Shown: positions 28,359-36,994 of the stretch, piece after piece
Numbering within the stretch: position 1 is the stretch's first letter
Layout: every line of letters begins with the position of its first letter
IMG/VR virus record: IMGVR_UViG_3300044766_000063
Location: 1-53,982 of that record
Length of the DNA stretch: 53,982 nt
Origin: a virus
Lineage: Duplodnaviria; Caudoviricetes
Strand: one strand, 5' to 3'
Notes under the pieces: generated by a model
Database searches by the model: none
Seen by the model: only the letters and a program-made list of their open reading frames with translations
Told to the model about the DNA's origin: nothing
Made by a program: the position numbers and the translations under genes

Positions 28359-29975
28359 TCATTTCAACGCTATATAAAGGCTCTGTGGTTGAAGATAATG
28401 TGCGCATCCTGCCCCCGCAACCAAATTAATCTTCAGGGCAATATGTAGCCCTGAACTCGGGACTTCTGCGGTCAAAAAGCCGTCTGTTGGCCGCAGAACC
28501 ACTTCCCCTACCAGTTGGCGTAGAGCTTCCCTAGCAATCTCAATATGTTCAGTATTCCCTAGTGAAGACACCAAATCTTCATACATTTCACGGGCACGCG
28601 GGATCAATTCGGTTGGCTGGTAACGCTCAAACTCCTTTAGTTCGCCTTGGACATCCTTTAGCTTTTGTTCGCTATCTCGCAATGCAGCTTTTACCGATGG
28701 AGAGTCAATCCCGCCCATGATTGCTTTAATCAGGTTATCTATTTCCTTTTGGGTGTCGGCAATTTTCTTTTTGATAAGCGATGCATCAGGTGCGCCAGAC
28801 TTTAAAGAGGCGCGCACATTCTTTTCAAAATCAAGGTATGCTTCTTCAGATAGAAGTTCTCTTTTAATGCCTGTCAGCAATTCTCCTTCGACTGTTGATC
28901 GTTTGATCTGTAGGTTGTTACTGCAAACACTATTACCGCGATCTTTATGAAACGCGCACCCATATTTTGTCTTGTTTACCATGGTGTAATTTGCGCCACA
29001 TACGCCGCACTTTAAAAGCCCGCTGAATAAGTATTTGGACGGCGCACTACTGCTGCATCCCTTTCCATTTGCAGAGCCTTTACCGTTTTTTCTATTCTCA
29101 TCTGCGATGGCTTTTTTTGCCCGGATACGTTTGTCACATTTAATCCATGTCTCATCGTCAATAATGCGCAGTTCCGGCAAATTAACTGTTTTCCATTCCT
29201 CCTTTGGTCGCATGGTACGTAAACGTTTCCCGGTAGTCGGGTCTTTGACCCACTTTGTTTTATCGAACATCGGACTACCGATATAAGTTGAATTGCACAA
29301 CATGCCAACTTCTTTGGCGCTGGGATGAATTGAAGAGGGAGACCACGTACCGCCTGCTGGGCCTTTTACGCCTTTTTCATTTAATTCGGTAGCGATCTGG
29401 CGTGCTGCCGCGCCTTCTGAATAACGCTTGAAAATATACCGTATCCACTGAGCCTGTTCATTATTGATAGCAAGTTTAGAACCGTTGCCATCAGGAATTA
29501 AGTTATAACCATACGGTTTAGCGCCAGCGGAATATCCTTTTAAAAATTGCCCTTCAAGACCGCGATGTGTTTTTTTGGCGAGGTCATCCAGATATAATTC
29601 ACCCATCAAGCCACGAAGACTTGTTTCGATTTTAGAGTTATCTCTTGCGGTATCAATTCCATCTGAAACACCAATTATTCTGATACCAAGAAACTTAAAT
29701 TGTCGGATGGTAGTTAGGTTTCCTATATTGTCGCGTGACAAACGATCCAAGTCATCTACCAGTAAAATATCAAATGACTTAGCATTGGCGGCAGCTAACA
29801 TTTCCAGATACCCAGGACGATCATTGCGCGATCCGCTGATAGCCTGATCTTTATAAGCGATAGGCATTGGGAGATTATTGCGAGTGCAATAATTTTGAAT
29901 ATTGCGCAACTGGTCTTCAATTGAAGCCTCGCGCTGCATATCAGATGAGTAACGAAGGTAACAAGCGGTTCTCAT
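28359..29975 (-). CDS. Large serine integrase
   Basis: YLRYSS catalytic motif, DDLDRLSRD, recombinase domain, Zn ribbon LLKCGVCG..YGC..C and coiled coil. Confidence 0.95.
   Translation of the reverse strand: MRTACYLRYSSDMQREASIEDQLRNIQNYCTRNNLPMPIAYKDQAISGSRNDRPGYLEMLAAANAKSFDILLVDDLDRLSRDNIGNLTTIRQFKFLGIRIIGVSDGIDTARDNSKIETSLRGLMGELYLDDLAKKTHRGLEGQFLKGYSAGAKPYGYNLIPDGNGSKLAINNEQAQWIRYIFKRYSEGAAARQIATELNEKGVKGPAGGTWSPSSIHPSAKEVGMLCNSTYIGSPMFDKTKWVKDPTTGKRLRTMRPKEEWKTVNLPELRIIDDETWIKCDKRIRAKKAIADENRKNGKGSANGKGCSSSAPSKYLFSGLLKCGVCGANYTMVNKTKYGCAFHKDRGNSVCSNNLQIKRSTVEGELLTGIKRELLSEEAYLDFEKNVRASLKSGAPDASLIKKKIADTQKEIDNLIKAIMGGIDSPSVKAALRDSEQKLKDVQGELKEFERYQPTELIPRAREMYEDLVSSLGNTEHIEIAREALRQLVGEVVLRPTDGFLTAEVPSSGLHIALKINLVAGAGCAHYLQPQSLYIALK
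28406..28423 (+). other. Putative attP core: 3' end of initiator tRNA-Met
   Basis: ATCCTGCCCCCGCAACCA matches the T-arm and acceptor 3' strand with CCA of tRNA-fMet; lies inside the integrase 3' end. Confidence 0.65.
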
Positions 29976-30139
29976 TTTTTTATCTTTCCTAAAATTGTGC
30001 GCGCCTCTTTAATAAGTTCGGGCCGCCTTGATTTGGGGGTTGAATAATACAGATTGATCGCATCTGGATATTTCAAATAATTTTTTGCGGCTTGATCTGC
30101 AAGAAGACGAACCAGCGTTTGAATGTGTGGATTTAACAT
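29972..30139 (-). CDS. 55-aa protein coupled to the integrase (directionality factor candidate)
   Basis: AAGGAGG RBS; MLNPHIQTLVRLLADQAA...; ATGA overlap with the integrase start; not in the ORF track. Confidence 0.55.
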   Translation of the reverse strand: MLNPHIQTLVRLLADQAAKNYLKYPDAINLYYSTPKSRRPELIKEARTILGKIKK

Positions 30140-30148
30140 ATAACCTCC

Positions 30149-30358
30149 TTAATGCAATGCATGGCCGGGTTTCATTGCCCATTCTGTGTAACCCTGCATA
30201 TTTATAAGGAAATCTGAATCGCCGTCCCATACCCAAACTTCTCCTTCAGCCCACATGCCAGAATCAATCCTTTGCTGAATTTCTTCTACGGTGTATCCGG
30301 TTAATTCCGCAGCTTTGCGAACCGTAACGAACTGCGCCCTACCCAATATGGCATTCAT
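30149..30358 (-). CDS. Excisionase-like protein
   Basis: VTVRKAAELTGYT...IDSGMWAEGEVW pattern; near the integrase. Confidence 0.65.
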   Translation of the reverse strand: MNAILGRAQFVTVRKAAELTGYTVEEIQQRIDSGMWAEGEVWVWDGDSDFLINMQGYTEWAMKPGHALH

Positions 30359-30368
30359 ATCGTTCTCC

Positions 30369-30557
30369 TTACTTTTTCTTCGGTTTAATTTCCGGTGGCT
30401 CTACGCCGTGCATTTCAGATAAAGCCTCTTCGATCATTGCGGCTTGGCTTGTGCCTTCCTGTTCCGAATACTCGCGCATCCAGGTAACCAGCCATTGCGG
30501 CAGTCTGTAACTCACAGGTACTTTGATAATATTTTTATCTTTGAAAGGCGCTGCCAT
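30369..30557 (-). CDS. Ribbon-helix-helix DNA-binding protein
   Basis: VPVSYRLPQWLV...SQAAMIEEAL. Confidence 0.6.
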   Translation of the reverse strand: MAAPFKDKNIIKVPVSYRLPQWLVTWMREYSEQEGTSQAAMIEEALSEMHGVEPPEIKPKKK

Positions 30558-30654
30558 TTCTCTCTCCTTGTCGGATCAGGCCAGTCCTTCACCGTGATTA
30601 CAGTCTATACATTAATTAAATTAAAGTAAAGACATTTATTTCCTTAGCCTGTTC

Positions 30655-30882
30655 TTACAAATCAGACAGGCGGCAAAGCGCCTGAGTTAATTCCGGGTAT
30701 TTTTCATGGAATTCTTTTGATGCGTTTTCGTTAAGACATTTCACTCCATGCTCAAGGTCTGATTGAAGCGCATCACTGAACATATCCTGGATAGTGGCAA
30801 GTTGAGTTTCAAGCTTATTTAAGCGATCCGCCATTTCCAGTGGATTGAGCGTGCATAGACGTTTCAATTCAGACTTATTCAT
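30655..30882 (-). CDS. Hypothetical protein
   Basis: ORF directly after ssb. Confidence 0.55.
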   Translation of the reverse strand: MNKSELKRLCTLNPLEMADRLNKLETQLATIQDMFSDALQSDLEHGVKCLNENASKEFHEKYPELTQALCRLSDL

Positions 30883-30884
30883 AC

Positions 30885-31325
30885 TTAAAACGGAATATCT
30901 GAATCGAAGTTATCATCAAATTTCTTTGCCGGTTCCGCCGAATCACTGCTTGTATGTGTTGCGGCTTGAGGTGTTTTTTCCAGATCGGTTGTACCCTTAC
31001 TCCCCAGCATCTTCATTTCGTTCACGATGATTTCAGTCGTGTAACGATCCGCGCCGGATTCCTTGTCCTGCCATTTACGTGTCTGGATTTTTCCTTCCAC
31101 GTAAATCTGCGCACCCTTTTTCAAATATTCTCCGGCGATTTCAGCGAGGCGGCGATAGAAGACCAAGTGATGCCATTCCGTCTTTTCCTTTTTTTGGCCG
31201 TCTTTATCCTTCCAGTTTTCGGAAGTCGCAAGCGACACATTGGCTACCGCTTCGCCAGTGGTCATGTAACGAATTTCCGGGTCTTTACCCAAATGGCCCA
31301 CAAGAATCACTTTGTTGACTGACAT
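30885..31325 (-). CDS. ssb: Single-stranded DNA-binding protein
   Basis: [28 protein letters not shown] and C-terminal DIPF. Confidence 0.97.
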   Translation of the reverse strand: MSVNKVILVGHLGKDPEIRYMTTGEAVANVSLATSENWKDKDGQKKEKTEWHHLVFYRRLAEIAGEYLKKGAQIYVEGKIQTRKWQDKESGADRYTTEIIVNEMKMLGSKGTTDLEKTPQAATHTSSDSAEPAKKFDDNFDSDIPF

Positions 31326-31436
31326 ATCGTTCCTTTATTTTTTAGGTTGCCTATATCAAACAGGGAAAATACAAATCAATTACTTACTTAAAAATTATCC
31401 GAATTGGGCGGTATTAGATTGTGCTAATGTTGTTTT

Positions 31437-31667
31437 CTATATCTCGTTAGGCATCGTCAAATTCCATGCTGCTTTCCACGCTTCCCATGCGCAAATGGCT
31501 GGCCTGAACACAGGCTCTCCTTCGTGCATACCGCAAGTGTCAAGTGTTGTTGTTCTTGCCCATATCATAAATCTACCTTTGCATTCACCATGCCTATCAA
31601 GCAAGAACTTTTCGTGCCTTTCGTCCGGCTTACATCTGCTTTTCTTTAGTGATTTAGTATGCATCAT
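31437..31667 (-). CDS. Hypothetical protein carried in a putative gene cassette
   Basis: GGAG RBS; AWEAWKAAW; ends in MPNEI across a GTTAGGC core site. Confidence 0.55.
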   Translation of the reverse strand: MMHTKSLKKSRCKPDERHEKFLLDRHGECKGRFMIWARTTTLDTCGMHEGEPVFRPAICAWEAWKAAWNLTMPNEI

Positions 31668-31687
31668 TTACTCTCCGTAGTTAGAAT

Positions 31688-31745
31688 GCCTAACACGGCA
31701 TTCAAGGCGGACTGCTTCGCAGCCGCTTAATTTGAATCGTTAGGC
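31688..31745 (+). mobile_element. Integron attC-like recombination site
   Basis: R'' GCCTAAC, L'' ATTCAAG, central hairpin, L' GCTTAAT, R' GTTAGGC; 58 bp. Confidence 0.75.
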
Positions 31746-31755
31746 ACCACGAACT

Positions 31756-33669
31756 TCATTGCTCCGCCCTAAGTTTCGTAACCTTTTCCTGAAGCAAATT
31801 TTCCAGCGCCGTACTATTGCCGTTACAGAACGTAAAGCCCAGATGATCCCTCATCGCTGCTTGTGTTGGATGTGAAACAAAGCGCGTCATGAGAATACCT
31901 ATATCTCCGTGCTTTATGCTCTCTCTGATCTGTTGGTTGGGCACGTTCGATCCGATAAATTTAAAGTCGAATATGTGACCGAATCGTTTCTGAATGTCAT
32001 TCGTTTGCACGGGAAGCAATCCAACGACGATAACTTTTTTCTTCTGCGGCTTTTCTTCCTTTTCTGGTTGTGGCGTGTTGACAGCGGGCATACTCATACC
32101 TCCTGCCGCCAATTGCTCTCGAACGACCTTTTCAAATGCGGCCATCATCATTGCCTGCATGTCCATTATTGGTGCCTGGACAGGGGCGACTATTTCTGGA
32201 AGCTTTACCGGCTCTGGTTCACGCACTTCCGGTGGACGCCTGCCTATCTCATCCAGCAGGGGAAGAAGCCATGGAATTGGGCTGGGTGTAGGCGGCATGT
32301 TTGCACGTTGTTTATGCGCAGGCATTTCACTATTCGCCTCATTTAAAATCTTTTGCCAGCCCCAGCCCGGATTTACTTTGCGAAGCTGGTAAGTAATTTC
32401 GGCAAAAAATTGTTTATCCTCGTCGCTTAAAAATAGTTTAGCGCCGTGTTGTTTGGATTGTTTTCTCTCTTTAACTTCCGGTGCCCGATCTTCAGCTTTT
32501 GGAAGCGTTCCGCGATGATCAATCACGACTTTGCTCTTGTCAGCCTCTTCCAGTTTGGCAAGGGCACGTTGTAGCCATGGCACGCTGCTTGGATTAATGA
32601 CGCTATCGGCGATCTTATGCCCCTCTGGCATAAAAGCATTAGCTTCCTTCATGCAACGAGTCCATGTGGCTCCACCTTTTCTTAAACCGTAAACAATTTC
32701 GGCAAACTTTTCTTTATCCTTGTCCGTCAGTACGCATTCCCATTTTGACTTAACCTTGGGCGGATTTTCAAGTTGCTCAAGCAAAGGAATGATCCATGTA
32801 ATTTGTTTCACACTATCTATACCCGCGCCGACTTTACGATCATCTGGAAGAAGAGAGTTTGCATGACGAATGGCATGTAGATTACCGGCTTCGGGATTAG
32901 ACTTTTTGAATTCAAAAAAGGCTGTGGCAAAAGCCAGTCTTTCATCGGTACTCAGCGGCTGTCTTTTTAATGGCTTTTCGAGTTGTTCGAGCATAGGCTT
33001 TATCCAGGGTATTTGGTTAATACTATCCAGCGAATCATGTAGTCGCCGATTTTCAGGTAATGCTTTATTGGCTTCACGAAGACAGGCAAGGGGTCTATTG
33101 TCTGAATTATTTTTCTGCGCGGCGTGGAAAGCCTTCGCAAAAATCCACCTCTCTTCTTTGGTTAGGTCAATTCGTTTTAATTCTCCCGGCGCAGATTGTC
33201 TTCTTGATTGAGGCTTTTTGGGTTCGGCTTGAATTTGCTCGATCAGGTCTTTTAGCCATCTAAGATGATTCAAAGCAGAAATACGTTCACCCACTCTTCG
33301 ATCCGCTGGCATTTGATCGTTTGCATAACGAATGGCATTCGCATAACCGCCTTTGGGATTGCTTTGTATGGCAGATAAAACATTTTCTGCAAAAATACGT
33401 TTTTCAACATCCCGCAACATTAAGTTCTTTGGTTGTGATGAATCAACATTGCCGCCCATTTTTTCAAGTAGAGGCTCTAACCACGTCACTTTGCTTGGAT
33501 GGTCGATTTTCTCACTTAGTCGTCTTTTAGTTGGTAGAGCGGCACGCGCCTGCGCAAAAACAGTTTTCCAGGGCAAATCTGGATTGGCTTTTTTGGCTTT
33601 ATAAATTGCCGTGGCAAATATCATTCTTTCCTCATCATTAAGAACGGTTGGTGCAGATTTCGTTGCCAT
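31756..33669 (-). CDS. Protein with six tandem helical repeats and a DUF2325-like C-terminal domain
   Basis: Repeat LxxxE/DxxxFA...AxxxL/MP...WL/I six times; C-term KVIVVGL...ILMTRFVSH. Confidence 0.7.
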   Translation of the reverse strand: MATKSAPTVLNDEERMIFATAIYKAKKANPDLPWKTVFAQARAALPTKRRLSEKIDHPSKVTWLEPLLEKMGGNVDSSQPKNLMLRDVEKRIFAENVLSAIQSNPKGGYANAIRYANDQMPADRRVGERISALNHLRWLKDLIEQIQAEPKKPQSRRQSAPGELKRIDLTKEERWIFAKAFHAAQKNNSDNRPLACLREANKALPENRRLHDSLDSINQIPWIKPMLEQLEKPLKRQPLSTDERLAFATAFFEFKKSNPEAGNLHAIRHANSLLPDDRKVGAGIDSVKQITWIIPLLEQLENPPKVKSKWECVLTDKDKEKFAEIVYGLRKGGATWTRCMKEANAFMPEGHKIADSVINPSSVPWLQRALAKLEEADKSKVVIDHRGTLPKAEDRAPEVKERKQSKQHGAKLFLSDEDKQFFAEITYQLRKVNPGWGWQKILNEANSEMPAHKQRANMPPTPSPIPWLLPLLDEIGRRPPEVREPEPVKLPEIVAPVQAPIMDMQAMMMAAFEKVVREQLAAGGMSMPAVNTPQPEKEEKPQKKKVIVVGLLPVQTNDIQKRFGHIFDFKFIGSNVPNQQIRESIKHGDIGILMTRFVSHPTQAAMRDHLGFTFCNGNSTALENLLQEKVTKLRAEQ

Positions 33670-33756
33670 TTCATTACTCCTAAGTAGATAACTTGATTAA
33701 AGTTGCCCGAATGTAAAATTAGCATTCCGCTATACATTCTAATCAAATTACCCTAC

Positions 33757-34371
33757 TTAGCCAATAGACTTTAAAATCTCCTGTACCAACTCTAAAAACT
33801 CCTGTCTGCGCTCGTTTAGCCTTATAATCTCGTTCTTCACCTGATCCTTGTAGACCCTGTAGGTGATCAATTGTTTGTGGGCAGGGAAGTCTGAACAGTA
33901 ACTTGCAAAGTCCACCCAGTCCCTTCCTGTGCAGTCCAAATGCCCAACGAGTTGCCACTTATAAACCGGATCAAAACTTCCCCGGCGCAGGGTTGCGTAG
34001 TGTGTTTTGGCGATGACTGATTTGACCTCCAAAACGCCTTCATCGCCAACCAGCCCGTCCGGTGAGTCGCCATAATCGTTCCAGTCAAAAAATCCGCCAT
34101 TGGTTACTGTTGCAAAGTGTTCTTCTTCGTACAACATCCTGGCAACAGGCTCTTGTTCGTGGCCTCGCTCGGTGTGTTCGTTGCTGAAGCTGAATTCAGC
34201 CCTCTTACCTGTTGCCAGTTCCAGCGCAAGTTGCAGCGCATAGTCTTTTGCTGGATCGCCAAAAGCTTTTCCATCGTTTGCCATGAAGCAACCAAATCTT
34301 GAGGCTGTAGCTTTACCCAGTCGCAGGTCAAACCAACCCTCGGAATTTTGTTCGACATCATGGAATTTCAC
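33757..34371 (-). CDS. YqaJ / lambda-exonuclease family protein
   Basis: QNSEGWFDLRLGKATAS, RGHEQEP, SPDGLV..LEVK and YKWQ motifs. Confidence 0.9.
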   Translation of the reverse strand: MKFHDVEQNSEGWFDLRLGKATASRFGCFMANDGKAFGDPAKDYALQLALELATGKRAEFSFSNEHTERGHEQEPVARMLYEEEHFATVTNGGFFDWNDYGDSPDGLVGDEGVLEVKSVIAKTHYATLRRGSFDPVYKWQLVGHLDCTGRDWVDFASYCSDFPAHKQLITYRVYKDQVKNEIIRLNERRQEFLELVQEILKSIG

Positions 34372-34879
34372 TCGTAACCTCTTTGCATTGTTCGATCAAC
34401 AGCATTTGATGCTCGTCGGACATCAAGACACGTTCCAGCACTGTTTTGAGATTACCGTCACGCCTGAAAGCTGCCTTGGCACCTTCCCAGAGTTTTTCAT
34501 TGCCGGGTGTGAGAAATATTTTCTTGGATTCATGCGCCCGGATACGCAAGCCGTCCATCGTCTCTTTGCCAAAACGAACGTTGTGATCCACATAGACCAT
34601 CACTTGTATGTTGTTCCAGTCATTGATATAGGGTGAGTCGGCCAAAGTCTTCATGGTCTTGCTGTTACCGGCATTCAGGATCATGGGTTTCAACTTTTCA
34701 CCTGGACGGATTTCTTTTTCAACAAAATGCGCTGTGTTGAAAACGTCCTTGGTTTTCTTTGTCCGATCCGGCTCAAGCGTGACATGATCTATTGTCAGCA
34801 CAACAGGCTCAACGATGTCTGCGCTGGACAGGTAAGGGGAGTCAAAAGCTTTTCTGTAATGTGTTTTCGTTTCAGCCAT
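34358..34879 (-). CDS. Putative recombination (ssDNA annealing or binding) protein
   Basis: THYRKAFDSPYL..D, KPMILN and GLRIR; paired with the exonuclease; likely start MAETK. Confidence 0.55.
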   Translation of the reverse strand: MAETKTHYRKAFDSPYLSSADIVEPVVLTIDHVTLEPDRTKKTKDVFNTAHFVEKEIRPGEKLKPMILNAGNSKTMKTLADSPYINDWNNIQVMVYVDHNVRFGKETMDGLRIRAHESKKIFLTPGNEKLWEGAKAAFRRDGNLKTVLERVLMSDEHQMLLIEQCKEVTSEIP

Positions 34880-35228
34880 TTTTCTTAGCCTCATGTTTTG
34901 CACAACCAAGCCAATACTTCTCCACCAGTTGCTGAATGGCAGTAAGCGCCAAGTGATTGGCATATTGATTATTGAGTTGCAGATCAACAGCGGAAGCAAC
35001 TGAAGCAAACACAGCAATACGATCACCATTGGGCGCGTTGCCAATAGCCTCTTCAAAGTGTTCAAACGTCCACGGGTGAAATTCTTGGCCGACCTCAACC
35101 AAATACAAGGCTTCTTCCTCGATCAGTTGATTCTGGCGCTCTTTGGCAGCTTCGGCATCAAGGTAGCGGCTCAGATCGCTCCTGAACGCTTTCCTTTCAA
35201 TATCCGCTGTATTGGTTCCAAACATCAT
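34872..35228 (-). CDS. Hypothetical protein, first gene of the leftward early operon
   Basis: Downstream of PL; overlaps the next start. Confidence 0.6.
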   Translation of the reverse strand: MMFGTNTADIERKAFRSDLSRYLDAEAAKERQNQLIEEEALYLVEVGQEFHPWTFEHFEEAIGNAPNGDRIAVFASVASAVDLQLNNQYANHLALTAIQQLVEKYWLGCAKHEAKKNG

Positions 35229-35257
35229 TGCCCCTTTGGTAGCATTGTGTTGGAGAG

Positions 35258-35307
35258 AGAATATTAGCGTGACGCATACTTGTCAAGTTTATTTTGCGTC
35301 ACGCATA
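35258..35307 (-). promoter_or_regulatory. PL promoter with two operators
   Basis: Minus strand TTGACA-17-TATTCT; operators TTAGCGTGACGCATA (35264-35278) and TTTGCGTCACGCATA (35293-35307). Confidence 0.75.
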
Positions 35308-35318
35308 TTATTGGCAAT

Positions 35319-35344
35319 AAAAAACCAGCCGAAGCTGGTTTCTT
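35319..35344. terminator. Terminator, possibly bidirectional, ending the cI transcript
   Basis: AAAAAACCAGC-cgaa-GCTGGTTT. Confidence 0.65.
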
Positions 35345-35360
35345 ATAATGTGCAAGCTGG

Positions 35361-35483
35361 TTAGTCAGTTGCTTGTTCCAATTGCTCTTTTATTAATTTC
35401 TGTGCAGTTTCCATTAATTGCTGCTTTTGCTCATCTGTCATCCCTCTGTACAGAGCCAGCAGTTCGTCAAGTTCAGCTTGCAT
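35361..35483 (-). CDS. 40-aa protein resembling the repressor C-terminal helix pair
   Basis: GAGGGG RBS; MQAELDELLALYRGMTDEQKQQLMETAQKLIKEQLEQATD; not in the ORF track. Confidence 0.55.
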   Translation of the reverse strand: MQAELDELLALYRGMTDEQKQQLMETAQKLIKEQLEQATD

Positions 35484-35659
35484 AAAGCCCCCTCGCGTAT
35501 CGAACCCTAAACCCTCCTACACTCTCCCAATAACATGAACTTATTATTACCAGCCGAAATTGTTCATGTAATTTTTATCGGGAGAGGGATTCTACATAGC
35601 CGATGAAAAAAAACAAGGGGAAATTATTGACTTTTACTTGGATACGTAGTTATACGTAT

Positions 35660-36052
35660 TCACTTCTTTTTCCCGATCTGGGAAATTAAACGCGCTTGAG
35701 CCACAAGAGTAGCTTTCCCGGATTCATCCATAGCTGCATAAAGAAGGCGTAATTCATTTTCTGCCGAATCAACATCGTCATGTCTGACATCCATCCAGCC
35801 AACAGGCTTCTTTGCTCCTTTTTCCAGTTTCCTGGCAAGCTCAGTACCGACTTCCCGAATGTTGCCGCTGGGATTGCGAAAGCGAATAAGGATTTGACTC
35901 AGATAAGAAGCTGAAGTCTTGCTCATGGCAGCAAGGGCGGCAGCGGTGCCTGCGCGGTAAGTCTTCTTGCCCATAGTAGCAGCTTCGCACTCTTCAATGA
36001 GTAGCCGTAGATTGGCTAACCTGATTTCTTCAACTGTGTTTTTGGTTTTCAT
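35660..36052 (-). CDS. CI-like repressor without a peptidase domain
   Basis: IRLANLRLLI...SYLSQI...VGTELARKLE..GWMD HTH; divergent from the cro-like gene. Confidence 0.8.
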   Translation of the reverse strand: MKTKNTVEEIRLANLRLLIEECEAATMGKKTYRAGTAAALAAMSKTSASYLSQILIRFRNPSGNIREVGTELARKLEKGAKKPVGWMDVRHDDVDSAENELRLLYAAMDESGKATLVAQARLISQIGKKK

Positions 36053-36106
36053 GATGCGGCTATTATTTAGCTGTGCGCTACATTTTGCAAGTATTTTCTG
36101 TGTCGC

Positions 36107-36136
36107 TTGACAAACGTTAGCGTCACGCACAATAAT
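36107..36136 (+). promoter_or_regulatory. PR promoter with operator in the spacer
   Basis: TTGACA at 36107, AATAAT at 36131; operator TTAGCGTCACGCACA (36117-36131). Confidence 0.7.
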
Positions 36137-36143
36137 ATGCGTC

Positions 36144-36377
36144 ATGGATAACCAAGTCGAAATTCTCGATCTTTCTGTGGATGAACGGCACACCCTGGCC
36201 CGCAAGGCCGGTATCAAGCCGATTTATCTGTGGCAGTGCGGTGCAGGGATCAGAACGCCGCGTTTACGCATCGCCGAAAAACTCATGAAGCACGAACCAC
36301 GGTTGACCGTCACCAGTTTGATGGCTCCCTACCATCGCCTTCTGGCAAAGCAGGCAAAACTGAAAAAAACAAAGTAA
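36144..36377 (+). CDS. Cro-like HTH regulator
   Basis: LARKAGIKPIYLWQCGAGIRTP HTH. Confidence 0.8.
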   Translation: MDNQVEILDLSVDERHTLARKAGIKPIYLWQCGAGIRTPRLRIAEKLMKHEPRLTVTSLMAPYHRLLAKQAKLKKTK

Positions 36378-36415
36378 GTCTGAAGTCACACCTTTCAAGG
36401 AAAGGGCGTACCGGA

Positions 36416-36994
36416 ATGACCGACACACAAAATCTTGCTCCCAATGTTCAGGCGTTCCTGGATATTGCTTCCAAACAGTACGGCAAAATTAAAGCTGCCG
36501 ATTTCAAACAGGATATGTATTGCCAAGTGATTGAAGGGCAAATGCAGTCGCCCATCGAACACTTGTTTCTCATTGCCTGTCATGCAATGTGTGCTTTGCA
36601 ATGTGTAGAAATCAATCCTGATCCGCTTATTAATGATGATTATGAACTCGATAGCGCAAAGGGTTTTTATATCCATCAACAGGCAATGATCAGTAAATAT
36701 CGCGTTGATTTTTTAATTTTCCAAATCGGATGGGCACCATCCAAAATGTTTACGCCGGTAATTGTGGAGCTTGATGGTCATGCATTTCATGACAAAAACA
36801 AAGAACAGCGCGCATACGAAAAAGCCAGAGATAGAGCGTTGGTAAGGGATGGTTACAAAGTCTTGCATTTTACTGGCAGTGAAGTAAATGCCGATCCATT
36901 CAAGGTTGCTTTTGAAGCACTTTCGCTGGCGGGTTTGTTCGTTGGTGCTGACAACGAAGAATACGATCCGAAAAATCCATTGGGAGTCGAATAA
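36416..36994 (+). CDS. DUF559 / Vsr-like PD-(D/E)XK endonuclease-domain protein
   Basis: SPIE, YRVDF, IVELDGHAFH, RDRAL..GYKVLHFTGSE. Confidence 0.8.
   Translation: MTDTQNLAPNVQAFLDIASKQYGKIKAADFKQDMYCQVIEGQMQSPIEHLFLIACHAMCALQCVEINPDPLINDDYELDSAKGFYIHQQAMISKYRVDFLIFQIGWAPSKMFTPVIVELDGHAFHDKNKEQRAYEKARDRALVRDGYKVLHFTGSEVNADPFKVAFEALSLAGLFVGADNEEYDPKNPLGVE

Noticed and set aside
28406-28423. tRNA-Met gene
   Set aside because: Only the last 18 nt are present, with no D or anticodon arm; treated as an att core
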